24,000 bases of DNA. It comes from Desulfurococcus sp. (GTDB taxonomy: Archaea; Thermoproteota; Thermoprotei_A; Sulfolobales; Desulfurococcaceae). Below the pieces are notes generated by a model, which ran no database searches, was not told the DNA's origin, and was given only the letters and a program-made list of their open reading frames with translations. The stretch spans positions 55,138 to 79,137 of the forward strand of contig NZ_JAVZPN010000001.1 of the NCBI RefSeq assembly GCF_038881575.1, written 5' to 3'. The position numbers were made by a program, and so were the translations under genes. Shown piece after piece: positions 1 to 8,677 of the stretch (positions are counted from its first letter, which is position 1; every line of letters starts with the position of its first letter).

Positions 1-300
1 GTCGTAATGTTCGGCCTCGGCGGTATCTTCACAGAGGTCTTCAAGGATGTCTCATTCAGGATCGCGCCAATAGATATCAGAGAGGCGTTGGAAATGATCG
101 AGGAGTTAAGGACGTCCAGTATATTCAACGGGTACCGCGGCATGCCCCCGGTTAATAAGCATGCGTTGGCTGATATATTGGTTAAGGTATCCAGCCTGAT
201 AATAGAGAATCCCTGGATAGACTCAATGGATTTAAACCCGGTGATAGCATACCCTGATAAAGCTGTAGTGGTTGATGCCAGGATAATAGTACGCAGGTAG
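1..300 (+). CDS. C-terminal fragment (5' end outside window) of an ADP-forming acetyl/acyl-CoA synthetase family protein
   Basis: Frame 1 is open from base 1 to TAG at 298-300. The tail ...GYRGMPPVNKHALADILVKVS...MDLNPVIAYPDKAVVVDARIIV resembles the conserved C-terminus of archaeal ADP-forming acetate-CoA ligases (by eye). Confidence 0.55.
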   Translation, partial: VVMFGLGGIFTEVFKDVSFRIAPIDIREALEMIEELRTSSIFNGYRGMPPVNKHALADILVKVSSLIIENPWIDSMDLNPVIAYPDKAVVVDARIIVRR

Positions 301-344
301 ATTGCCCTGAGTGATGAGTGCCCGATAACCTGAGCGCGGTGTTG

Positions 345-848
345 ATGAGAGAGGCCTCGGCTGACCAGTGCCATAACCCGTTGATAAGGGGTTTCAGGGA
401 GCAGGATCTAGATGAGGTCGTGGAGATAGATAAGGAGTGCTTCGAGGAGCTCATCCGCTATGATAGAAGCGTCTTCGAGACCATACTCAGCGAGCATGAT
501 GGCAACGTCATTTTCTATGTTGCTGCATGTAATAATGGGTTGGCAGGATACGCCCTAAGCATTGTGGAGGGCAGTGTCTGCCATCTGTACTCGATAGCCG
601 TGAGGAGGATAATGCGGGGACGCGGCATCGGCTCCAAGCTGCTTATCCGTGTCATCGATGAATGTGTTAAACGAGGCTGCGGAATCATGTTACTAGAGGT
701 CGCTACAGACAACGCTGACGCCATAAGCTTCTACCTGAAACACGGGTTTAAGATAGTTGGATTTATCAAAGGATACTACTATGGTATTAAAGACGCCTAT
801 GTGATGAGGAGGATCCTCGGGAGTAAAAGGGTGTCTATTCATGGCTAA
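345..848 (+). CDS. GNAT-family N-acetyltransferase (RimI/Ard1-like)
   Basis: Acetyl-CoA binding motif region SIAVRRIMRGRGIGSKLL, then LEVATDNADAISFYLKHGFKIVG and DAYVMRRIL. ATG at 345; the ORF track starts at GTG 318. The stop overlaps the next gene by 8 nt. Confidence 0.8.
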   Translation: MREASADQCHNPLIRGFREQDLDEVVEIDKECFEELIRYDRSVFETILSEHDGNVIFYVAACNNGLAGYALSIVEGSVCHLYSIAVRRIMRGRGIGSKLLIRVIDECVKRGCGIMLLEVATDNADAISFYLKHGFKIVGFIKGYYYGIKDAYVMRRILGSKRVSIHG

Positions 849-1806
849 GTGTAGGAGGTGTGGTAGGGAAGCTGAGTACAGGGTTTCCTATGCTAAGGCA
901 TGGTTCTGCAGGGAGCACTTCATAGAGTACTTCGAAGAGAGAGTTGTCGAAGCAATCAGGAAATACAGGATGATAAAGCCCGGCGACAGGGTCGTGGTAG
1001 CTGTCTCAGGCGGCAAGGACAGCATGAGCCTCCTCACAGTACTAGTAAAGCAAGCCGGGGAACTAGGTATCAGAGAGGTGATAGGACTCCACCTAAATCT
1101 CGGGATAGATGGCTTCAGCGAGCATGTTGAATCAGTAGTGAGAGAGTACTGTGAAAGACTTGGAGTCAAGTGTCACGTGATCCACTTGAGAGACCTCCTC
1201 GAGCTATCCCTCCCCGAGCTCGCCTCGAAGACGCGGAGGCCCCCCTGTAGTGTCTGCGGGCTTGTTAAACGCTACGTCTTCACTGTTTCAGCGATGACTG
1301 TAAACGCATCTGTACTCGTCACGGGGCATCACTTAGACGACGTGGTTAAGTACGCGTTAAAGAATATATACGTGGGAGACTACAGGTCCCTCACCAGCTT
1401 AAAGCCTGTTTCAGTGGAGGAGGGGTTACCCGTTAAAGCAAGGCCCTTAATAAGCGTTGGTGAGAGGGATATAGAGACCTATGCCAAGTTATCGGGGATA
1501 CCATACGTGGAGGCAAAGTGCCCGTTTAAACATGAAGGCGATGCCGAGAAAGCAGTCAGGGTCTTCATAAGTGAGCTCGAGGAATCCAACCCAGGCGCCA
1601 AGCTAACCCTGTTATCCAGTATAAGCAAGTTGATCCATGAGTACATTGAACCACGGGGATCAAGGGGTTTAACAAGATGCAGCATCTGCGGTATGCCTTC
1701 CTCCAGCGAGGTATGCGGCTTCTGCAGGCTGACTAAGAGGGTTCATGGTAAATACATGGGTGTTGACGTTGCCTCGAAGATTAAGGAGTCCCTTAATGCT
1801 TCCTAG
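841..1806 (+). CDS. PP-loop ATPase, tRNA 2-thiolation protein (TtuA/NcsA-like)
   Basis: PP-loop SGGKDS. N-terminal CxxC...CxxH and C-terminal CxxC...CxxC zinc fingers. PCSVCG plus KCPF cysteines typical of the Fe-S site of TtuA/Ncs6-type enzymes. Confidence 0.8.
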   Translation: MAKCRRCGREAEYRVSYAKAWFCREHFIEYFEERVVEAIRKYRMIKPGDRVVVAVSGGKDSMSLLTVLVKQAGELGIREVIGLHLNLGIDGFSEHVESVVREYCERLGVKCHVIHLRDLLELSLPELASKTRRPPCSVCGLVKRYVFTVSAMTVNASVLVTGHHLDDVVKYALKNIYVGDYRSLTSLKPVSVEEGLPVKARPLISVGERDIETYAKLSGIPYVEAKCPFKHEGDAEKAVRVFISELEESNPGAKLTLLSSISKLIHEYIEPRGSRGLTRCSICGMPSSSEVCGFCRLTKRVHGKYMGVDVASKIKESLNAS

Positions 1807-1833
1807 CTGTTGGCCTGTTTTAACTAGCTGCCG

Positions 1834-2652
1834 CTATTGCATCAACCGCCTTATCTCCCATTTATTCTTTGATTGCTGTAGAACTGGTAGTTTCTCCCTT
1901 ACCTCGCTTATAAGGGATGTATCTATCGTGTACTCAGCGTATGCTTCCCTCCAGCCTAGATCCAGCTCCCTGTAACCCCATGGATTGAACACGCCGCTTC
2001 TCCCCACGAACATATCGCCTGTTTGATCCGCTAGAACTATGTACACAGTGTTTTCATGCGCCCTTATGCTTGCTAGTTTATCGAGTATCTCCTCTTTATG
2101 GTGTCCCTTCACCCAGCCTGCCTGCACGATTATTATCTCGCTGCCCATTAAAGCGGTGACCCTGTACAGCTCTGGGAAGCGTAGATCGTAGCATATCGTG
2201 AAGCCTATCTTAACTCCTTTAATCGATATTATCTTACTTGGTGCATCGCCCGGCTTGAAGAAGCTTGACTCCCTGAAGCCGTATGCGTCGAACAAGTGCA
2301 TCTTACTGTAGACCGGTATCGCCTCGCCTCTATCAGTCACTATTATGCTCGTACTCATGGTTAGCGGTGGAGTATCTGTTTTCTCTATGAAGTGTACCAG
2401 TATAAACACCCCTAGCTCTCCAGCCAGTTTAGCCATCTCAGTCAGGTACCTGCTTGTAAGCGGTGTCTCCGAATAGCTGTATACTAGTCTTGGATCCCCT
2501 ATCTTCAACGGGTTCAACATACTGTACTCCGGGAGAACTACTATATCGGCCTCCTTATAGTTCTTCCTCACTATATCAACAGCCTTACCAGCGTTCTCTA
2601 CTGGGAGATCATTGAAGCCTGCCTGCACTATTCCAATCGTGATCAATGACAT
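1834..2652 (-). CDS. Carbon-nitrogen hydrolase (nitrilase superfamily)
   Basis: Glu-Lys-Cys triad context: VVLPEY, YSKMHLF, FTICYDLRFPE. I place the start at the ATG at 2650-2652 (MSLITIGIVQAG...). The 26-codon upstream extension in the ORF track runs through an IS-end relic. Confidence 0.8.
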   Translation of the reverse strand: MSLITIGIVQAGFNDLPVENAGKAVDIVRKNYKEADIVVLPEYSMLNPLKIGDPRLVYSYSETPLTSRYLTEMAKLAGELGVFILVHFIEKTDTPPLTMSTSIIVTDRGEAIPVYSKMHLFDAYGFRESSFFKPGDAPSKIISIKGVKIGFTICYDLRFPELYRVTALMGSEIIIVQAGWVKGHHKEEILDKLASIRAHENTVYIVLADQTGDMFVGRSGVFNPWGYRELDLGWREAYAEYTIDTSLISEVREKLPVLQQSKNKWEIRRLMQ

Positions 2653-2710
2653 AGCATCCCCTTTTTGAATAATGCACCATGAAAACCTATTTAACCAGTG
2701 AGGCCGAATA

Positions 2711-2781
2711 TTATCCAGGATGCTGGGCAAAAATCTGGTAGCAATACCGCCTTCTCCCCGCCCTAAGGGGCAGGGCTTTCG
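2711..2781 (-). repeat. Orphan copy of the IS200/IS605 (TnpB) right-end-like sequence
   Basis: The reverse complement of 2754-2769 is CCCTTAGGGCGGGGAG, 1 mismatch to the 16-mer at the tnpB stop (15651-15666). A downstream GCTACCA block and an ATCC..GAT block sit at the same offsets as in the reference copy. Confidence 0.6.
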
Positions 2782-3274
2782 GTTGTATGCATCACTGTTA
2801 CTAAGACAGCTCGACGTAGGCCATGCTTGCCGTGGGAACTAATGAAAAGAACGCTGGATCTGTTTGTAAGTAGCAAAGCCTACACCTGAGTGAGATCTTT
2901 AAAAGAATAAGAATGTATACTGGGAATCCCATGAACCGTTGCAAGCATTGAAGCCAGGTATATTAATACTCCACTTACTGTCACCTTACTGAGGGACATT
3001 GCATCTATGCCGGCATCAAGTGCGAAGGTAAATAATGGTGCTGTGATTTGCGCTGTTGATTTGAATACCTTTAAGAGCTTGGGATCAAAGTTACGTGCTT
3101 AATTGACCATAGCGCGGCAAGGATTAGGGATTGTTTTAAGATGAGATTAAACACTGTGCAGGAGACAAACCTGTTCTAGAGAATATTGATATGCTTCTTA
3201 AGAAGCATCTGTGGAAACAACGTGGGAAACCATATCTAGAGCTGATGCACCTTGCATCGATTAAGTATGCAAGT

Positions 3275-3287
3275 GAAAGGAGAAAAA
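3275..3287 (-). terminator. Oligo-T tract immediately after the hmgA stop (archaeal-type terminator candidate)
   Basis: The minus strand reads TAG-TTTTTCTCCTTTC. A 7-bp stem hairpin follows (CTTGCAT/ATGCAAG, 3251-3273). Confidence 0.3.
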
Positions 3288-4571
3288 CTAGTCTAATGGC
3301 TCGCCCTGTAGTGCTTTCTCCACTAGTTGCTTAGCGTAGTCGTATCTTATCCTGCCATCCCTGATCATTTTCTCGGCTACCTTATCTATTAGATCCCCTG
3401 ATGCACCAGCCATTATCGCGAGGTTTCTGGCGTGAAGCCTCATATGGCCTTTCTGAATACCCTCTGTCACGAGGGCTCTTAGAGCGGCTAGGTTCTGGGC
3501 TAGCCCTACTGCAGCCATTACTTCGGCGAGCTCCCTAGCCGTGTTTACCCCTAGGATCTTCAATGCTATCTTTGCCACCGGGTGCACCTTGACTGCTCCC
3601 CCAACAACGCCTATTTGAAGAGGTATCTCAAGGCTTCCCGCAAGATAGTTATCGCTTGTCACCTCCCAGTAGCTGAGGGACTTGTAGACCCCTGTTCTAG
3701 AGGCATATGCATGGGCTCCAGCCTCTATGGCTCGGTGATCCTGCCCCGTCGCGAGGGCCACCGCTATTACTCCATTCATTATGCCCTTGTTATGGGTTAC
3801 CGCCCTGTAGGGATCTATCTCGGCAAGCATAGATGCCTCCATTATCTTCCTGGCTACTTCAAGACCTCCTACTTCCTCGACAGGCGTCGCGGCCCATGCC
3901 CGTGCAACCCTGTATACTGCGTGGTTTGAGACTATTCTGAGCCTTGCTTCCCCACCAGTTATCTTCTCTAGAAGCGGGGCTATTGCTTCAGCCATCGTGT
4001 TAACAGTGTTAGCGCCCATGGCGTCTCTGACGTCTACTACTAGGTGGACTATTATGACCCCGCCTAAAGCGGGGTGCTCCATTACCCTTACCTCGAGGTC
4101 CCTGGGGCCCCCGCCGTATTTTAGCAGGGTTGGATCCTGCTGTGCCGCGTAGTCCAGTAGCTCCTTCTTGGCCTCGATAATCTTCATGGCTTTGAAGCGT
4201 GGGGAGTTTACTTTAACCAGGTGTATTTGGCTGATCATTTCCTGTCTCTCAGCATTTGCAAGTATTCCTTTCCCATGTCTAAGCATCCTAGCTGCATTGC
4301 TTGCAGCTGCTACGACGCTTGTCTCCTCTATAACCATTGGGACAAGGTAATCTCTCCCGTTGATCAGGAAGTTTGTTGCTACTGCGAAGGGATAGCTCAT
4401 CGCGCCTACAACGTTCTCGATCATGCTGTCCCCTATCTTAACTGGTAGGTTACCGAATTCACCCAGCGTCCTGCACTCCTCCTCTGATAGCCCAGCCCAC
4501 TCGCAGACTATCCTCCGTCTTTCTTCAAGAGGGAGCTTGTAGAAGCCCTGTATACGGCTCGTCTTCTCCAT
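3288..4571 (-). CDS. hmgA: Hydroxymethylglutaryl-CoA reductase, class II type
   Basis: 427 aa. Motifs: ENVVG, EETSVVAAASNAARM, VDVRDAMGANTVNTMAEAIAPLLE, THNKGIMNG, EAGAHAYASR, VGLAQNLAALRALVTEGIQKGHMRLHARN. These closely track class II enzymes (Pseudomonas mevalonii / Archaeoglobus type) as I remember them. Confidence 0.9.
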   Translation of the reverse strand: MEKTSRIQGFYKLPLEERRRIVCEWAGLSEEECRTLGEFGNLPVKIGDSMIENVVGAMSYPFAVATNFLINGRDYLVPMVIEETSVVAAASNAARMLRHGKGILANAERQEMISQIHLVKVNSPRFKAMKIIEAKKELLDYAAQQDPTLLKYGGGPRDLEVRVMEHPALGGVIIVHLVVDVRDAMGANTVNTMAEAIAPLLEKITGGEARLRIVSNHAVYRVARAWAATPVEEVGGLEVARKIMEASMLAEIDPYRAVTHNKGIMNGVIAVALATGQDHRAIEAGAHAYASRTGVYKSLSYWEVTSDNYLAGSLEIPLQIGVVGGAVKVHPVAKIALKILGVNTARELAEVMAAVGLAQNLAALRALVTEGIQKGHMRLHARNLAIMAGASGDLIDKVAEKMIRDGRIRYDYAKQLVEKALQGEPLD

Positions 4572-4636
4572 ACCTACGCACCATAGGTAACTATATTATT
4601 ATATAGATAAAAATAAGTATAGTGTGGTGTAGAGGC

Positions 4637-5026
4637 ATGGTTCACGAGTGGGCTCTCGCGGAGTCAATAATATACCATGTTATGAGCCAGGGATACAGGA
4701 AAGTGAAGACGCTGAAGATAAGGCTGGGAGTACTCCAAGGCATTGACAAGGAAATACTGGGGTTCAGCCTAAGGGAGCTGGCATCGATGAATAACATTGA
4801 GATCAAGGATATAGTGCTCGAGGACGAGGAACCCCTATTAGAGTGCAGAACATGTGACTACAAGTGGAGTCTCAGCCCCTCAGCACTAAGTGAGGAGGAG
4901 AGGGAAGCCATACATTTCGTGCCTGAAGCCGTCTACGCCCTGGTGAAGTGCCCTAGGTGTGGTAGCAGGGATTTCACCATAGTCAAGGGACGCGGGGTCT
5001 CCTCAATAGAGGTGGTGTCGGAGTGA
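4637..5026 (+). CDS. hypA: Hydrogenase nickel-insertion protein HypA
   Basis: Canonical N-terminus M(V)HEWALAESI. Zinc site CRTC...CPRCG. Size ~129 aa from ATG 4637. Confidence 0.85.
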   Translation: MVHEWALAESIIYHVMSQGYRKVKTLKIRLGVLQGIDKEILGFSLRELASMNNIEIKDIVLEDEEPLLECRTCDYKWSLSPSALSEEEREAIHFVPEAVYALVKCPRCGSRDFTIVKGRGVSSIEVVSE

Positions 5027-5751
5027 TCGAGGACCCGAGGATCCATAACATAGTCAGGAATCTCTCGAGCATAAGGAATGTATATGCTGTGGTGAGTAGC
5101 AAGGGGGGTGTGGGTAAATCAACTGTTTCAACACTCCTAGCTCTCCATGCTTCAAGGAGATTCGAAACAGGACTGCTCGACATAGACTTCACTAACCCCT
5201 CGACACATATCCTGCTCAACTTGAACCCCGGCGAGTTAAAGTATGAGGAGGAAAAGGGGATTCTACCATATGATTTAAAAGGATTGAAGTACTTCTCGAT
5301 TGTAGCCTACACAATGGATAAACCCCTCCCTCTACGGGGTGAGGCGGCTAGGAGTGCTCTCAGGGAGCTACTGGCAATAATTAAATGGAGCAGGCTAAAG
5401 CTCCTATTCATTGATACACCGCCAGGCATGAGTGATGAACACCTGGACCTAGTATACCTGCTGAGAGACATCGTTAAACCCGTGGTGGTTTCAACACCGA
5501 GCATCCTCTCTGTTAAAAGCGCTGCCAGACTAGTAAGCGTGCTGAGGGAGGCTGGGTTTAAATGGATTGGGTTTATCGAGAACATGGGGAACGGGTCTCT
5601 GAGAGGTAATGAGGTACTCGGAAATGTAGAGTACCTTGGCTACATACCTTACACACCGGGCATCGAGTCCTGCCTGCGCTCAAGGATTGTGGAGGCATGT
5701 ATAGATCCTGGGTTACTTGACTCGGTCATCTCCAGGCTCATTGAAGCCTAG
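5023..5751 (+). CDS. Mrp/MinD (ParA/NBP35) family P-loop ATPase, candidate ATPase-type HypB
   Basis: Deviant Walker A SSKGGVGKST and FIDTPPG Walker B region. GTG start overlaps the hypA TGA (GTGA at 5023-5026). An Mrp/MinD ATPase adjacent to HypA replaces GTPase HypB in Thermococcus. Confidence 0.7.
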   Translation: MIEDPRIHNIVRNLSSIRNVYAVVSSKGGVGKSTVSTLLALHASRRFETGLLDIDFTNPSTHILLNLNPGELKYEEEKGILPYDLKGLKYFSIVAYTMDKPLPLRGEAARSALRELLAIIKWSRLKLLFIDTPPGMSDEHLDLVYLLRDIVKPVVVSTPSILSVKSAARLVSVLREAGFKWIGFIENMGNGSLRGNEVLGNVEYLGYIPYTPGIESCLRSRIVEACIDPGLLDSVISRLIEA

Positions 5752-6414
5752 CCCCAGCCTTGGCTCGAAAGCCATGTCAGCGCTGAGGCTTCTATCTCCC
5801 GCGTCACCTATCCCTGGCATAATGAAATAGTTTTTATCGAGAACTGGGTCCACCTCTATGGCTAGCAATGGTATCTCGCTGAACCTTGAGTGGAAGTATT
5901 CTACCCCGTAGCGGGAGGCGAGTACTGTTGCTGCAATGATTCTCCCCCCTCCCCTAGCATGTACTTCTTCAACCACCTTTACCATCGTCCTCCCTGTGGC
6001 GAGCGTTGGATCCACTACTATAACAGTGTATGCTGCGAGGTTGCCAGGTATCCTTTCATAATATATCTCTGCATCAACCTTGTTCTCACTGATCACTCTT
6101 CTCGCTGCAACTAACCCGAGTCCAGCCCAGGGCACGGCGTCCCATAATCCGTGTGCAAAGGGTATTGAGGCGCCTAACACCCCTATTATGTAAACCGGTT
6201 TAGACGGGTAGAAGCCCTCGGCCCTCCCATGGCCAGAGTCAACGAAGACCCTGCTCCACTCGAGAAGCCTTGAGACCTCGTAGCCCATTATGAATCCAAG
6301 CTTCCTCATGTACTCCCTGAAGAGCCCGGGTGTTGTACCTGGTTTACGGAGTAGTGTTAGATAGTATTTAGCTAGCGGGTTATCGATGACTATAAGTCTA
6401 CCCATGTGTCTCAC
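5713..6414 (-). CDS. upp: Uracil phosphoribosyltransferase
   Basis: PRPP-binding loop VIVVDPTLATGRT, C-terminal YFIMPGIGDAGDR, N-terminal DNPLAKYYLTLLR. GTG at 6414, or ATG at 6405. The 3' end overlaps the convergent gene by 39 nt. Confidence 0.85.
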   Translation of the reverse strand: MRHMGRLIVIDNPLAKYYLTLLRKPGTTPGLFREYMRKLGFIMGYEVSRLLEWSRVFVDSGHGRAEGFYPSKPVYIIGVLGASIPFAHGLWDAVPWAGLGLVAARRVISENKVDAEIYYERIPGNLAAYTVIVVDPTLATGRTMVKVVEEVHARGGGRIIAATVLASRYGVEYFHSRFSEIPLLAIEVDPVLDKNYFIMPGIGDAGDRSLSADMAFEPRLGLGFNEPGDDRVK

Positions 6415-6477
6415 ATTAGATTTAATGTGTTCAGGAGGTTAAAGACCTGTGTTTAATCAATCCTGTTTAAATTTAGA

Positions 6478-8622
6478 TTACTTGTAGCCGAGGTCCCTGA
6501 GCTGCCTATCTATCTCCTCAGCAATCCTTGGACCAAACTTCGGTAAGGAAGCTATCTTTGATAACGGTATCTCAGCCAGATCCCTGAGGCTTTTGACCCC
6601 GTGTTGTATAAGTATCCTTGCCCTAACCCTTCCAATAAGCCTCAGCGTGGTCAGCTCCAATGCGTCCTCCCTTACCCCTTCCTCGATCCTCCTTGACAAC
6701 GTGTCAAGGGCCTTGTGGAACCTTATATCTCCCAGCACTGCTTCTACACGGGCTAATGCATGGGTGATCCATGAAGCCGTATCCCTCATGCTGTAGAGGT
6801 CTCCTGGGCCAATCATATACTTTGATACTATTTCGTCCTCTGAAACCTCGTTTATCCAATCGTAGAGTATCATGGCGTGCATGAATCCATCCAGCCACTC
6901 CTCATAGTCCATGCTTGTTTTCGAAGGCGGGGGTATCATCCCCTGATCAGCCATCTCGAGGGCCGTATCCTCCCATCTCTCCACGATCTTATCCTGTATA
7001 TATGGCGAGCTCCTCTTGAAGTCCGGTGTTAAACAGGCCACGTGGAGCAGGTAGAGGTCTGAGGGCTCAGCTGGCTTCAGCTCCCTGTAGATGCTTATGC
7101 TTAAGGGATCTAGGTAGGTATAGGATGTCACCCTGCCCAGCCTAGTGGCTTTCAGGAAATTATTACTGGACTCAATCATGCCCAACTCCTCGAGTAGTTT
7201 GACAGCTCCCATTATCTTCGCTGACTGGAAGAATGAGCCCTTAGCCTGCTTCATTGAGAGCGTTGATGAGAGGATCCCCGATACCTCCTCAATGCTTGAC
7301 GCCTCACCTGAAGCCACTAGTGATAATACATGTATCCTGAGGCTTCTCTCACTGAGGAGCTTGCCTGCAACCGGCTCAGGGGATCCATTAATATACTTTA
7401 AGGCTTCGCTACTGCTTGATGCATCAGTGATCACGGATTCACCTATTTCATCGTAGCCGGGTCTTCCAGCTCTCCCAGCCATCTGCTTGTACTCCGAGAT
7501 ACTTATATTCACCCTCCTACCCCTTGATGCATCATAGCGCTTCACGGAGACCAGGACCCTCCTAGCTGGAAGGTTGACTCCAGCCGCCAGGGTCGGCGTC
7601 GCGTAGACTATCTTGAGGAGCCTGCTCCTGAAAGCCTTCTCCACAGTGCTCCTAGCTATACTGGATAATCCTGCGTGATGAAAGCCAACGCCTCTCCTGA
7701 TAAGGTCTGAAAGCACGTCTCTCTCAATACTGGTTGGCGCATCCTCCAGCTCCCTGATAAAGGGCTTCACAGCGTCCTCGGGGAGCGTTGGGAGGTGTCT
7801 CGCGGCTTCCACGGCATAATCCTCCACCTTCCTCCTGTTATGTATGAAAACCAGTGTCTGTAACCCTAGTTCAACCACATTGTATAATGGTATGTCTAGG
7901 AATGGATCCCCGTTCTCCAGGTCAACGCTCTCCACCTTATTCTCCACGGGGAAGACTAATCCAGGCTTCTTCTTATCCAGGTATCCCTCAACAAGCCTCA
8001 CAGGCCTCCAATCGGTGTTAACCAGCACCGCGTTAAGCCACTCCGCGAGGGCCTCCGGGTTCCCTATTGTGGCGGAGAGACCTATGATCCTGGTGCCTTG
8101 CCTGAGGAGCCTGGCTGCTATAACCTCTACTATTGGTCCTCGCTCAGGGTCGCTAGCCATATGGATCTCATCTATGACTACTAATCCGATATCGCGGAGC
8201 CAGCTCGGCTTCTGCCTTAGTATACTGTCGAATCTCTCGTATGTAGCCACTATTATATCATACCAGCCCAGGTACTCTGCTGGCTCATCGTAGTCGCCTG
8301 TTGAAACCCCTACCCTCACTCCCAGAGCTTCCAGCGTCTTGAACTCCCCGTGCTTCTCGCTGGCAAGCGCTCTCAGCGGCGTCAGATATACTCCCTTTCC
8401 ATGGTTCAGCCAGTTGTAGACCAGGGCTAGCTCGGCTATGAGTGTTTTACCGGAGGCTGTTGGAGCTGAGACAACGAGGTTCCCCCCGGTGAATAACCCC
8501 TTCTCTACTGCCTCGCTTTGAACAGGGTTCAGCCTCCTTATCCCCCTGGCCTTTAACAGCTCTACGTATCCCTGGGGGAAGCCGTGCTCCAGTAGTATAT
8601 CTATATCCATGGCTTGATCCAC
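6478..8622 (-). CDS. hel308: Hel308/Hjm (Ski2-like) DNA helicase
   Basis: 714 aa. Walker A APTASGKT, DEIH box, SAT motif (LSATIGN), QMAGRAGRPG motif VI, C-terminal helix-hairpin-helix-like domain. Confidence 0.9.
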   Translation of the reverse strand: MDQAMDIDILLEHGFPQGYVELLKARGIRRLNPVQSEAVEKGLFTGGNLVVSAPTASGKTLIAELALVYNWLNHGKGVYLTPLRALASEKHGEFKTLEALGVRVGVSTGDYDEPAEYLGWYDIIVATYERFDSILRQKPSWLRDIGLVVIDEIHMASDPERGPIVEVIAARLLRQGTRIIGLSATIGNPEALAEWLNAVLVNTDWRPVRLVEGYLDKKKPGLVFPVENKVESVDLENGDPFLDIPLYNVVELGLQTLVFIHNRRKVEDYAVEAARHLPTLPEDAVKPFIRELEDAPTSIERDVLSDLIRRGVGFHHAGLSSIARSTVEKAFRSRLLKIVYATPTLAAGVNLPARRVLVSVKRYDASRGRRVNISISEYKQMAGRAGRPGYDEIGESVITDASSSSEALKYINGSPEPVAGKLLSERSLRIHVLSLVASGEASSIEEVSGILSSTLSMKQAKGSFFQSAKIMGAVKLLEELGMIESSNNFLKATRLGRVTSYTYLDPLSISIYRELKPAEPSDLYLLHVACLTPDFKRSSPYIQDKIVERWEDTALEMADQGMIPPPSKTSMDYEEWLDGFMHAMILYDWINEVSEDEIVSKYMIGPGDLYSMRDTASWITHALARVEAVLGDIRFHKALDTLSRRIEEGVREDALELTTLRLIGRVRARILIQHGVKSLRDLAEIPLSKIASLPKFGPRIAEEIDRQLRDLGYK

Positions 8623-8677
8623 TTGGCTCAGGTAATTAAATCCCGTGATGGATATGTATGTAGCCGGGGTGTTTTAA

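Noticed and set aside
2653-2730. 26-codon N-terminal extension of the C-N hydrolase ORF (start at 2730)
   Set aside because: The extension is encoded by the IS right-end relic. The conserved hydrolase sequence begins at the ATG at 2650-2652.
7145-8293. Plus-strand ORFs 7145-7456 and 7844-8293 (also 6593-6796)
   Set aside because: They are antisense to Hel308 and have Ser-rich shadow translations with no motifs.
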